Shown here piece by piece: positions 17,467 to 28,700 of a stretch of 56,421 nt of DNA (positions within the stretch are counted from its first letter, which is position 1; each line of letters starts with the position of its first letter). The position numbers were made by a program, and so were the translations under genes. This DNA is from Salinivirgaceae bacterium (lineage in GTDB: Bacteria; Bacteroidota; Bacteroidia; Bacteroidales; SZUA-534), in contig JAKSOL010000020.1 in assembly GCA_024405635.1 (NCBI GenBank), positions 1 through 56,421 on the forward strand, in the 5' to 3' direction. The notes below the pieces were generated by a model. That model searched no databases, was not told the origin of the DNA, and worked only from the letters and a program-made list of their open reading frames with translations.

Positions 17467-18024
17467 ATGACTAACGGATTAAACTTCATCGCAATTGATT
17501 TTGAAACAGCCACGTCAAAACGCGCATCGATATGCGAGGCTGGTATTTGTGTGGTAAAAAATGGCAAAGTGATTGAAACACAATCGTGGTTAGTCCGTCC
17601 CGAAAACAACTACTACTCATATTGGAACATAGCAGTTCATGGCATAACTCCCGACAAGACAGTAGATGCTCCTGAATTTCCTGAAGTATGGAGCAAAATT
17701 TTAACCTATTTAAAAGAAACGCCCGTTTTAGTAGCGCACAATGCGGCTTTTGACATTTCATGCATCCGCAAATCGTTAGAGTTGTTCAATTTACCAACTC
17801 CGTCAGTCAACTATTTCTGCACTTTGCGTGCGGCTCGCAAACTATACACATTTGAGTCGAACACGCTTGATTGCGTATGCCGCAATTTTGGGATTAAAGA
17901 AGGTACGCATCACCGTGCTGGCGACGATGCCGAAATGTGCGCCCGAATTTTTCTGCACCAAATAAAAGATAACGGCATTAATTCGCTCAACGAACTGAAT
18001 AAGGTTTGCGGAGGTGTGCTATAA
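17467..18024 (+). CDS. DEDDh 3'-5' exonuclease (DNA polymerase III epsilon-like)
   Basis: FIAIDFETA, VAHNAAFD and HHRAGDDA. Start moved to ATG 17467. Confidence 0.88.
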   Translation: MTNGLNFIAIDFETATSKRASICEAGICVVKNGKVIETQSWLVRPENNYYSYWNIAVHGITPDKTVDAPEFPEVWSKILTYLKETPVLVAHNAAFDISCIRKSLELFNLPTPSVNYFCTLRAARKLYTFESNTLDCVCRNFGIKEGTHHRAGDDAEMCARIFLHQIKDNGINSLNELNKVCGGVL

Positions 18025-18039
18025 GTTTACTTGAATTGC

Positions 18040-18078
18040 AAAAAAAACGAACCGTCTTGTAGAAAACGGTTCGCTTTG
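18040..18078. terminator. Terminator between convergent genes
   Basis: AAAAAAAACGAACCGT-loop-ACGGTTCG, with the poly-T tract on the minus strand. Confidence 0.7.
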
Positions 18079-18103
18079 TAATAAAAAGTAAACTGCAACA
18101 ATG

Positions 18104-18493
18104 CTACAGTTTAATGTTGATTTTAAACGCTGGTTGCTGATGACTTTCGCAGTTGTGGTGATCGCATATTTGCGGATTATCGTAAACATTGCCAGCCAAA
18201 TAATCGTTTACTAATGTTTCAACATTTCCTTGACAGCCTTTAATAACTTCAATTCCGCAGCTACCCAGTTTGTTTACCGCACCTTGCCCAATGTTGCTTG
18301 CAAGCATAAGTTTTACCCCCATTTGCTGCATTTCAAAAGCAATATTCGATTTGCATCCACAGCCTTCGGGCGATGCTAAAGTTGATTTCGCAACAACTTG
18401 CTGGTTGTTATCTACATCAAAAATGGTATAGTAAGCACAATGTCCAAAATGGCTATCTACAATTCCATCGCGCGTTGGTACTGCAATTTTCAT
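18104..18493 (-). CDS. NifB/NifX family (FeMo-cofactor-binding-like) protein
   Basis: MKIAVPT...VDSHFGHC, GCGCKS, IGQGA and a C-terminal CDHH. ATG 18493 preferred over TTG 18502. Confidence 0.85.
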   Translation of the reverse strand: MKIAVPTRDGIVDSHFGHCAYYTIFDVDNNQQVVAKSTLASPEGCGCKSNIAFEMQQMGVKLMLASNIGQGAVNKLGSCGIEVIKGCQGNVETLVNDYLAGNVYDNPQICDHHNCESHQQPAFKINIKL

Positions 18494-18508
18494 ATCAGCC
18501 AAATAGAA

Positions 18509-19051
18509 TTAGTAATTGTTAGCGCTTACTTCAAAATATGCTTGAGGATGATTGCAAGTTGGGCAAACTTCTGGAGCCTCAGTACCCACTACAATGTGAC
18601 CGCAGTTACGGCACTCCCAAACTTTAACTTCGCTCTTTTTAAATACTTCTTGAGCCTCAATGTTGCTAAGCAAAGCACGATAACGCTCTTCGTGACGTTT
18701 TTCTATAGCTGCTACCAAACGGAATTTTGCAGCAAGTTCAGCAAAGCCTTCAGCCTCGGCTGTTTTTGCAAAACCTTCATACATGTCGGTCCATTCGTAA
18801 TTTTCGCCATCTGCAGCGGCTGCAAGATTTTCGGCAGTTGAGCCTATACCCTCCAACTCTTTGAACCACATTTTTGCATGCTCTTTTTCGTTGTCGGCTG
18901 TGTGCTGAAAAATATCTGCAATTTGCTCAAATCCATCTTTTTTTGCTTTTGATGCAAAATAAGTGTACTTGTTACGTGCTTGCGATTCGCCAGCAAATGC
19001 TGCTTGCAAATTCTTTTCGGTTTGTGTACCTGCGTACTTTGACTTTGCCAT
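18509..19051 (-). CDS. rbr: Rubrerythrin
   Basis: [36 protein letters not shown] and a rubredoxin-like CRNCG...CPTC domain. Confidence 0.95.
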   Translation of the reverse strand: MAKSKYAGTQTEKNLQAAFAGESQARNKYTYFASKAKKDGFEQIADIFQHTADNEKEHAKMWFKELEGIGSTAENLAAAADGENYEWTDMYEGFAKTAEAEGFAELAAKFRLVAAIEKRHEERYRALLSNIEAQEVFKKSEVKVWECRNCGHIVVGTEAPEVCPTCNHPQAYFEVSANNY

Positions 19052-19082
19052 AATTATATTTTTAATGGATTTAACATATTAA

Positions 19083-19090
19083 CAAATATA
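19083..19090 (-). promoter_or_regulatory. Bacteroidota -7 element for rbr
   Basis: Reverse complement TATATTTG about 30 nt upstream of rbr. Confidence 0.55.
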
Positions 19091-19135
19091 CAAAAAACAC
19101 ACCTTAAGCCACATTTGAAACTTGACGCATTTGGG

Positions 19136-20263
19136 CTATTTGTTGTCAAAACGATGAATTAACATGCTAGGTTGTAGAATTAGCAAAATTGCATAGTTGT
19201 AGTCGGTGCATCGCACGCGCAAATCGTAGTACACATTGGCAACAAACGATGCTGTAAGTACATTGGCAAAACGGTGCGATAAATTCAACTCAGCAGTTAA
19301 AATACTACGCTTGCGGTCAGTTTTTTGTGGGTCGTAGCCCGATGTGCTCTGAAAAATTTGGTTGCCGAATTTTGACTGGAATTTATTTCCATACCAGTAA
19401 CCAACACTTACAAAACTGGTGTTATGCGCAGCCTCAACTTTTGCCAAAACGCCATAGCCTAATGTGTCGCCATATTGGCTAAGAGGTTCGGGCGAATTAT
19501 CTTTGAAACTTATAGCGCGCGCATCTGCAGCTATGTTATCAACCCAAGCAGATTGTTTTTTTTCGATGCGCAAACCTGCTGAAATGTGGTACAACAAGCG
19601 CATTTTGTCGTCGCAAGTATCAATTTGCCCACCTCGATGGTAAATGCTAACCGAAGCTGGAATGGTTAGCGAAAACTGTTCGGCGCTAACTGCCTTATAT
19701 TCAGCCGATAATCCGCCAAAAATTTCCTCTTGATGAGCATCGTTTTGAAAAATAAAATTTTGCCAATCGCACCAAATGTCAACAAAAAGTCGGTTGCGGT
19801 TAATCACTATTTGCGCCCCGTTTTCGTTGTTGGCATAAAGTTGCTGCTCTTTGTTAAGGACAGGATCGGGCAAGCGATGAAAACCTGCTCCGTTTATTGA
19901 TCCCAATGTGAGTGATGCCCAATTGTTGTGTAGAGTTACTGAATAAAGCGGTTGAGCTGATGTAAACTTGTCGAGTCCCGAATATTTTTTCAAGTAAACT
20001 CCACCTTGCGCCTTTATGTTTTCTGAAAAATGGTACTCAATGGCTGCTTTTGCGTTGTAGCCAATAAGAGTATAGCCTTTCACCATTGGGCCAAAATACT
20101 CGTTGTTCCATACAAAGTTGTAGTTGTTGAGTTTTAAGTTAAGCGCTCCAACATCTGCTTTCATTAATTCGTCAACTTCGTCATTGGCAAAGTAATATTG
20201 TGCCGAACTGGTTGACGCATAAAGCATTACAAGTGTTATTATTATTTTTTTTAGCAGATTCAT
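19136..20263 (-). CDS. Hypothetical exported protein, probable outer-membrane beta-barrel
   Basis: Signal peptide ending ASTSSA-Q; aromatic-rich alternating beta strands (NNEYF, GYTLIG, DWQNFIF, HRGGQID). Confidence 0.65.
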   Translation of the reverse strand: MNLLKKIIITLVMLYASTSSAQYYFANDEVDELMKADVGALNLKLNNYNFVWNNEYFGPMVKGYTLIGYNAKAAIEYHFSENIKAQGGVYLKKYSGLDKFTSAQPLYSVTLHNNWASLTLGSINGAGFHRLPDPVLNKEQQLYANNENGAQIVINRNRLFVDIWCDWQNFIFQNDAHQEEIFGGLSAEYKAVSAEQFSLTIPASVSIYHRGGQIDTCDDKMRLLYHISAGLRIEKKQSAWVDNIAADARAISFKDNSPEPLSQYGDTLGYGVLAKVEAAHNTSFVSVGYWYGNKFQSKFGNQIFQSTSGYDPQKTDRKRSILTAELNLSHRFANVLTASFVANVYYDLRVRCTDYNYAILLILQPSMLIHRFDNK

Positions 20264-20304
20264 TTTTTCTGTTTTGGTATAAGATTCGTGTTTAATGCTT
20301 AGTT

Positions 20305-21330
20305 CTAAAACAGAGTGCCTTGCATCGAATCGTTGTTATAGTTCCATGTATAGCCAAGGTGGCGATACGATTTTTCGGTTGGGATTCGACCACGTGGAGT
20401 TCGGTTTACAAAACCTTCTTTTACTAAATATGGTTCATAAACATCTTCAATGGTATTGCTGTCTTCGCCAACTGCGGTTGCAATAGTGTTAAGTCCCACT
20501 GGGCGACCATTAAATTTATCAATCATGGTGGTTAATATTCTAATGTCCATTTGGTCGAGTCCATATTGGTCGATGTTCATTATTTTGAGCGACATGCGAG
20601 CAATGGCTAAGTCGATTGTGCCATTGCCCTTAACTTGCGCAAAATCGCGCACACGGCGCAAAAGTGCGTTTGCGATACGCGGAGTGCCACGGCTTCGCAA
20701 CGATATTTCGTAAGCAGCGTCGTCATCAATAGGAACACCAAGTATGTCGGCCGAGCGAACAATAATAGTTTTAAGCACATTGGCGTCGTAACATTCAAAG
20801 TGCTCTTTAATGCCAAAACGGTCGTAAAGAGGTTTAGTTAGTTTGCCCGCACGCGTAGTAGCGCCAATCAAGGTAAATGGGTTTAATCCAATTTGCACTG
20901 AGTTGGCGTTGGCGCCTTTGTCAAGCATAATATCGATGCGGAAATCTTCCATGGCCGAGTACAAGTACTCTTCAACTACCGAAGATAGACGATGAATTTC
21001 ATCGATAAAAAGCACATCGTTTGGTTGAAGTTTTATAAGAAGGCCAGCCAAATCGCCAGGTTTATCAATAATTGGACCTGAAGTTACGTGAAATCCTACG
21101 CCCATTTCGTTGGCAATGATGTTTGCCAAAGTAGTTTTGCCCAATCCGGGAGGGCCCGAAAGGAGGACGTGGTCCAAGTGGTCGCCGCGTTGGCGTGCCG
21201 CTTCAACATACACTTTCAGTTTCTCAACAATATCGTCTTGTCCGTTAAAGTCGTCGAACGACAAAGGACGCAACCTGTTTTCATATTCCTTATCGGAGGC
21301 ATTGCTCCGTATATCAAACTCGTCTGCCAT
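20305..21330 (-). CDS. ruvB: Holliday junction branch migration helicase RuvB
   Basis: [49 protein letters not shown] and RTPRGR. ATG 21330 preferred. Confidence 0.97.
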   Translation of the reverse strand: MADEFDIRSNASDKEYENRLRPLSFDDFNGQDDIVEKLKVYVEAARQRGDHLDHVLLSGPPGLGKTTLANIIANEMGVGFHVTSGPIIDKPGDLAGLLIKLQPNDVLFIDEIHRLSSVVEEYLYSAMEDFRIDIMLDKGANANSVQIGLNPFTLIGATTRAGKLTKPLYDRFGIKEHFECYDANVLKTIIVRSADILGVPIDDDAAYEISLRSRGTPRIANALLRRVRDFAQVKGNGTIDLAIARMSLKIMNIDQYGLDQMDIRILTTMIDKFNGRPVGLNTIATAVGEDSNTIEDVYEPYLVKEGFVNRTPRGRIPTEKSYRHLGYTWNYNNDSMQGTLF

Positions 21331-21392
21331 AATGAGCGCCAAGATAGTTATTCGTTTTCAGTTTAGCGAAAGCAATGCAATTGATGCTAATA

Positions 21393-21429
21393 CAAAAAAA
21401 GAGTTACTCAATGAGCAACTCTTTTTTTT
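21393..21429 (-). terminator. Terminator after the sprB-like/porP/DUF4296 operon
   Basis: AAAAAAAGAGTTACTCA-TGAGCAACTCTTTTTTT inverted repeat. Confidence 0.75.
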
Positions 21430-21448
21430 AATCATAAGGTAATAAAGT

Positions 21449-21805
21449 CTAATCGATACGTTTAGGTTCATTCTCGGCTTCGTAAGCTTGCAATCGAACA
21501 ATAACTTTATTGTAAACCAACTCAAGTTGGTCGGTACGATTGCTGTACCATTTCATGGTATTCATAAACTCACTGTGAGTAATACCATACTTTTCAAAAA
21601 CGTAGTTGTAAGCGTTGCCAATAATTCTAGAATGGTCTTTTGGACGATAACCTTTTGCAGTCATATACCCATCAACCAAGTGAACATCAACCAAAACATT
21701 AATAAGTGTTTCGCGGTCAATTTGTTCTTTACCTGCGTTGGGGTCGGTTTTACAACCGCAAAACAAGCTAGCACAAACTAACAATATGCAAAAGCCACGT
21801 TTCAT
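21449..21805 (-). CDS. DUF4296 family lipoprotein
   Basis: Lipobox-like LFCGC; LVDVHLVDG, VFEKYGI, F...MKWY and VYNKVI. Start overlaps the porP stop (TAATG). Confidence 0.75.
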   Translation of the reverse strand: MKRGFCILLVCASLFCGCKTDPNAGKEQIDRETLINVLVDVHLVDGYMTAKGYRPKDHSRIIGNAYNYVFEKYGITHSEFMNTMKWYSNRTDQLELVYNKVIVRLQAYEAENEPKRID

Positions 21806-22758
21806 TAACGAATTTTACGTTTCGATTTTGATTTACGAATATCCTCAAACTTAACACCTAACATAATTTCGTGCGAGCCTTTGCTGTAGTGGCTCAACTT
21901 TGAAACTGTTAAGTCGTAAGAGTAACCAACGTTTATCATGTCGTTGTAGTTGTAGCCAAGGAATACTTTAACAGCCTCAGGGTTTTTAAAGTTGTAGCGG
22001 AAGCCCAAACCACCCCAAAATGTTTTTTGATAAATAACCTTGCAATCAACATCCATAATAAAATCGTAGGTAGGTACAGTTTTTACAAGTATTGAAGGTT
22101 CAATGTCGAAGTTGCGGTCGATGTTGTACTTGTAACCACCTTGAACATAGAAGTGCATACGAGCACGGGCAGCCTTTTTGTATTCTGCTTCGTAGTCAAA
22201 GTCTTCAAGCAAAGTCATGTTGTTAAAGAATAGGTGGTTGATTGACAACCCAACATAATATTGCGAAGTGTACAAATATGCACCCAACGAACCATCGAGA
22301 TAAATTTTCTTGTAAACCGAACTAGTAAACACCTCGTTAGCGGTGCTACCAAACGACACCTCGGTAAGGTCAACTTTTTGTTGAATTAGACCAAGGAACA
22401 TACCCATTGATATGCGAATGTCGCCACTGATTTGCAAGTTATAACTATACGAACCATAAGCTCCAAGGTTTGAAACTGGACCAGTTACATCGTTAAAAAT
22501 GTAACCACCATAACCCATAGGCATGGTTTTATGTGGTCCGTAACCGCCAAACAGATAGGTTTGAGGGGCATCTTTAATGCCCGCCCATTGATACCTAAAG
22601 TTTGACTTTATCTGCCAATAGTCGTTAGTACCTCCCACAGCAGGGTTCACGATATAATCGTTGAACATGTACTGCGAGAATTGTGGCAGTAGTTGTGCTT
22701 TAGCCTCTGGAGCAACAAACATTGCTCCAACAAACAAGGTTAAAAATATCTTCTTCAT
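21805..22758 (-). CDS. T9SS membrane protein, PorP/SprF family
   Basis: PQFSQYMFNDYIVNPA, RYQWAG...APQT and GYSYD...GSHEIMLG. Directly downstream of a type B CTD protein. Confidence 0.92.
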   Translation of the reverse strand: MKKIFLTLFVGAMFVAPEAKAQLLPQFSQYMFNDYIVNPAVGGTNDYWQIKSNFRYQWAGIKDAPQTYLFGGYGPHKTMPMGYGGYIFNDVTGPVSNLGAYGSYSYNLQISGDIRISMGMFLGLIQQKVDLTEVSFGSTANEVFTSSVYKKIYLDGSLGAYLYTSQYYVGLSINHLFFNNMTLLEDFDYEAEYKKAARARMHFYVQGGYKYNIDRNFDIEPSILVKTVPTYDFIMDVDCKVIYQKTFWGGLGFRYNFKNPEAVKVFLGYNYNDMINVGYSYDLTVSKLSHYSKGSHEIMLGVKFEDIRKSKSKRKIR

Positions 22759-22765
22759 AGTTGTA

Positions 22766-25700
22766 TTACCTTATGATTGTAACAGGTCCTGATTTCTCTT
22801 TAGTTCCAATGCGGCTGTCGCTGCACTTAATTGAGTAGTAGTAAGTGCCCGAAGGTAGGTTTTTGCCTTTAGCATTTGTACCATCCCATGGCTCATATAC
22901 ACCGCTCTTTTGCCATACACGACCACCCCAACGGTTGAAGATAACTACCTCAACTTTTTGGTAAGCGTGAATTCCGTTGATAACCCATGTATCGTTTGCA
23001 CCGTCGCCGTTTGGTGTAAATACCTCTGGTGGACGAATGTCTGACAATACCGAAACTACCATGCTATCGGTGAATACGCATTGCAATGTGTCGCTTATAG
23101 CTGCATAGGTTACCGAAACGGTATCAACAACCTTAATTGTCATATCCTCTTTAGCAACCACAATTGGGCTAATAGTGTCAGCAGTAGTTTGCCAAGACAC
23201 CTCTTTGCTTGTTGCCCAATAGTATGCGTTTTGGTATTCAACAGTTGAAGGAACATCAAAGGTAAGTGCCTCTCCTTGGTTTGCATGCAACATTAAGTCG
23301 ATGCCACCAAACAATTGGTAAACATTATCTTGAGGTTCAACTCCCTCTTCGGCCATCACAATGCCAGCCTTAAGCGTATCGGTTGGATTCAGAACAATAA
23401 CATGTAAGGTATCCATATCCATACACTTGTCGTTGTATGCTTGAACGCGATAGTAGTAGTCGTTGCCCTCAGCGCCTCGTGGTGTAAGCGATGCCCATGT
23501 TGATACTGAGTCGTCAACAATTGAATCGTTTAAGTACCATACACGTTTGTCGATGCTGAAGTTATCGGTTGTGTGGAAGTTAGCTTGAAGAGCTTCTTCC
23601 TCAGGGCAAACATAAACTTCGTTAGCATACTCGTTTGATGTTGAGCTGCGATAGATGTATGCTCCTGCAAGAGCAAACTTGTTGTCGGCTCCCACAGTAA
23701 CATTCAAAGTATCGGGGCAAACCATGTCGCTTGAGAAACCAACCACAACGTTGTAGTCGCCTGCTGCAAGTTTGCTGAATTTGCTGTTAGCTGAAGGTTT
23801 ATTGTTACCTAGTTGGAAGAATACTGGTTCTTCAACTGTTCCAGATACTGAGTATTGGTTTACAACGCTTACAGCAACTTCAAATTCGCCGTCGATTGAC
23901 AAGTTTCCGTTAGCAAAGTACTTTTCGCACGATGCATCGTCAACTGTAATGGTTGTTGCCATTTGCGAGTGACGGCTTGGAACGGTAATGTTAATAGTGT
24001 CGCTCTCGCAATCGTTAACATCCATAATGTAAACTTTGTATTCGCCAGTTGGTATGCCGGTTATTATTTCCATTGAATCGCGGGTTTCAACGTTCTTATT
24101 GATTGTTCCGTTTGCTCCCATGAAAATGTATTGGTCATAAACGCCCATCAGCCCACCAGTAATGTTGTTGAAGCTAACTGAGCCATCGGTACCGGTGAAA
24201 CAAGTGTTTGGTTCAATTGCGCCAAGTGTAAACGCAACTTTTGGTGTTTCTGGCATTTCAATGGTATCAAAACGTTGGCAATTCATTTCGTCTTCAACCA
24301 TTACGTAGTAGATGCCAGCCTTACCATTGATGCGATCTGCAGTTTCAGCCGAACCATTGTTCCATGTGTAAGAACGTATGCCGTTGTCGCTGCTTGCATT
24401 TGCAATTACAGTACCCTCTTTGCCAAAGCAACGTGGTTTGTCAACTGCAAGTTCAACTTTAAAGTGCGATAGGTCTTCAACATTGTAAATTGTATCGAAC
24501 ACGCAACCAAGTGAATCGATAACTGACAATGAGTATTCGCCAATTGGCAAGTTGGTTATGTTGATTTTTTCGCCCGATACCTTAATGCTATCAACTGTCC
24601 AATCAGGATTGCTGAAGATGTAGGTAAATGGAGCAAAACCACTGAATGCTGAAGCGAAATCGCCTTGTTCGTATATGCGAACCGAACCAGCTGACTCGTA
24701 GCACTTGGTACCCTTTGTAACTACCATATCGGCAGGGATATGCAAGCGAGTACTTGGTTGACCAATGGTGATTGTATCAGAAATCATGGTCATGTAATCG
24801 TGTTGCGAAATGATGAAGTAGTATTTACCTGCATACACATTTTCAAGTTCAGGTTTGCTACTCAACAAGTCGGTTGAGCCAACTGCGTACCATTCATATT
24901 TATAAGGTTCGTACAAACCACCAACTCCTTCAACTTTTGCGTTACCGTTGTTGTATCCGTAGCAAGTTGCATCGGTTTGGCTAACCATTTGGAACAACAA
25001 AGGACGATGCTCAATAATGTAGGTTTCTATTATCTCGCAACCTTCTGGGTTTTCGTCTTTAACGGTTAAGGTGTATTTGCCCTCGCACAAGCTATATGCT
25101 TTGGCTTCGCTTGCTGTAGCATCAAAAATGCTATTTGGCAATTCTTCGCCAGCCTCGTTAGTCCAAACTGCGGTGTAGTTACCTACGCCACCAGCAATTT
25201 CTGCAATAAGCATACCGTTGCAGTTAGGATCGCCGTCAAGGTCAGGATAGTTTGTAATGTGTTTAACACGCAAAGCTTTTTCATCGCTCATTGTAATGTA
25301 CTCAACTGCACGACAATTGTTTGGAGCAATTACCACAACTTTGTTTGTGCCTAGGCAAAGGTTAGTTGCATGAGCACCGATTTCTGTGTCGTTCCAAATA
25401 ACATTGAATGTTGTGTACAATTGATTGTCGTCATAAACTTGAGTAACTTTTGCTTCGCCGTTGCAGTTGCTTGGGCAAAGAATGTCGCTCACAACTTCCC
25501 ATTCAAATCCTACCGAACCGTTGTCCTCAACATCAACTGTATCGGTAACTACACATCCAAGCGCATCTTGAATCTCAAGTACATAGGTGTCAACTGCCAA
25601 GTTGATTGGGTTGGCATCGTTGCTTATTGCGGTAAGATCCATTAATGTGTGCCATACGTATGTGTATGGAGCCACACCGCCTGTAACAGTTGCGGTTGCG

Positions 25701-28700
25701 GTACCAGTTGGAGTGTCGCACTCAGACTCGGTTGTTACAACCTCAATATTAATTGGTTCTGGGAATAATATTTGAACTGAGTCTTCGGCCACACAAGCGT
25801 TTGCATCCTTAACTTCAACATAATACCAACCCTCTTCGGCATTCGAAATTGCAGAATCGGTACTTACTATTTCGCCGTTGTGAGTCCAAGTGAATATGTA
25901 ATCAGGGGTTCCGCCTTGAGCTGATACATAGAAACTTGCAACTTTGTCGCCAGCGCAAACTACTTGTTGTGTGAATACTATGTTGGTAATCAATTCTTCA
26001 GGTTCGTCAACTGTTACTTCAAGCGAAGCACCACAAAGCGATTGATTGTCGGTTACAACTACTAGATACTTACCTGCTTTTACAGTAGTGTTAGTAGCAT
26101 CGGTCAATGAGTAAACAAGGTTGTTCGATTCATCAAACCATTCAAATGTATAGTCGCCACTACCACCTCCAAGAACGGTAAGTTCAACTGTTCCATTTTC
26201 AGCACCTTTGCACATTGGCATATCTACCGAAACTAGTTGCAATTCAAGTGTTGACAAGTCTTTAAGGGTAATAAGAGTATCAACGTCGCAACCCATTGCT
26301 GTGGTGATTATTGCTTGGTATTTAGCAGCTGGAACGTCGTTCAAGCTTAGACCAGAAGCAACCATTGCACCATCGGCATCGAACCAAGTAACATCGATAA
26401 TTGCAACTGGAACGCCATCAAATGTTGCACCTGTAACGGTTATTGAACCATCGCTTGCTGCACATCCTGCAGGAACAAATTCAAATTCGGCAATAATTGG
26501 ACTTGGGCTTGCAAGTGGGCCAACATTAGCCACAGCCTCGCAACCTTCGCTATCGGTTATCTTAACCTCGTATGTTTGACCAGCTTCAAGACCCGAATGA
26601 CTATCGGCAATAGTATTGTCCATCAACCATTCGAATGTGTATGGGCCAACTCCACCAACAGTTGATGGGTCAATTGTTATCATACCATCGTTGCCACCAT
26701 AGCAGGTTGGTGATACATTGATAGTGTTTCGAATATCAAGACGAAGAGCACCTCCTAAAGTAACATCGAACGATTTTGAGCAAGAGTGTTCGTCAACTAC
26801 AACTACTGTGTAGGTTCCTGCCGATGCTATGTTATATAGACGAGTTCCATCAGCGGTTGCAAGAACACCATCAACATCGTTACCATCTTCATCGTACCAT
26901 GTGCATGTTACTTCGCCAAATGCATCGTCTATTTGAATAACAATCTCTCCATCGTTTGAACAAGCACTTGTTACATCGGTGGTTGACAATACTGTCATTG
27001 TCATTACTGAATTGTCGGTAACGTCAACAAAATCAACTACTGAACAGTTGTTTGCATCGGTTACGGTTACATAGTAACGCTCAACTCCCAAGCCATCGGC
27101 TGTTGCTGTTGTTGATTGGTTTGCATTGGTCCACTCGTAAGTGAATGGAGCAACACCACCCGATACCACCTCAACTGTAGCTGTACCATCAAACGATTGG
27201 CAGTTTGTTGGAGTGAATGTTATGCTAGTAACAATTGGTTCAGGGTCAACCAATGTTATAGTTTCGCTATAGGTGCAGCCATTGTAATCGGTTACGGTTA
27301 CAATGTTGTCGCCTGCTGTAAGTGTTGCGCTAGTAGCATCGTCGCCATTAGCATCAACCCAAGCGTATGTGTAAGGTGCGGTGCCACCAGCAGCCTCAAC
27401 TTCGGCCGAACCTGTTGACGAGCCAATGCAAAGTGGGTTTTCAAATCCAATTACATTGATTGACAAAGCCTCGGGTTGCGAAAGTTTAATGCTATCGATA
27501 GCCGAGCAACCTGATATTTGGTCAATTGCTTTAACGTAGTATGTAACGTCACCATAAATGTTAGCAATTAAACCAGAGAAGTTCATTGTTCCGTTGATTG
27601 GTGAACCTTCCATTGATTCTTTGTACCACTCGTAGTACAAATCATCAACGTTTCCGTTTTGTGTTGTTGCAGTAGCAAGAGCTGCACCACCATTTGCTCC
27701 GTTACACATAATAGGAGCGGTTTCAACAACACTCACAAAGGTTACATCGCCGTTGTCAGGAACGGTAATCACGGTATCGACAGAGCAACCATTTGCATCT
27801 TTAATTGTTACGCTATAAATGTCGGCTGCAAGGTTTTCGGCTTTGCCATTTACAAATGTTGCAGTAGCGCAAGTAATGTCGTATGCGTCACCAGCTAGTG
27901 GAGTTCCACCGCTAATGGTGAACTCAATTGAACCTGTTGGGTTAGCGCAATCTGATGCTGTAACCACAATGTTGTCAACACTAATTGCAGTTGGTTCTTC
28001 AATTTTAACATCGGCTGAAACCGAGCATTGGTTTTCGTCGGTTACCCAAACTGTGTATTCACCAGCCGCAACATTGCTAACTGAAGCTGTTGTTGTTGCG
28101 TCAGCATCGTTCCATTGATAAGTGTATGCACCTACGCCTTGTCGTGCTGTTACGCTCATTGAACCATCGGCAGCACCGTTGCAAGTAACATCGCTTGCTG
28201 TGGTTTCAAGCAGAATTGGATCTGGCTCAAGAACGTGAACTTTACCAGTTGCCGAGCAACCGCGCGAGTCGGTTACTGTTACAATGTAATCGCCTCCGCA
28301 AAGGTCAACCTCGTTAGTTCCTTGTACAGGATCTTTACCTTCTGGTTGTTCCCAAATGTAGCTATTATACACTCCCGACCCTCCAATAACATTAACAACT
28401 GCATGAGCATCGCAAGCTCCGTAGCAACTTGTTGACAATCCGATTGGTGAAATGTATCGAATTGCACCATTGTCTAAAATTGGGATGTTAATACTACCCG
28501 AATTGAAGGTTATGGTTTGCATATTACCTTGATGGTTAACATCAGTAAATGATATTATTGATTGTGTGAGTTCACCAACTTGCCCAACAAACATGTCAAC
28601 AATACGAACTGCCCATCCTCCTTTTGCGGGGTCTTCGCCATATATGTTCTCCCAACCCTTAATATCAGTTGGCAAAAATGTACCGGTTAGAGTTGTTGCT

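Noticed and set aside
19069-19096. dif site (ATTTAACATAT resembles the XerD arm)
   Set aside because: It has one mismatch, no plausible XerC arm at 6-bp spacing, and it overlaps the rbr promoter/UTR.
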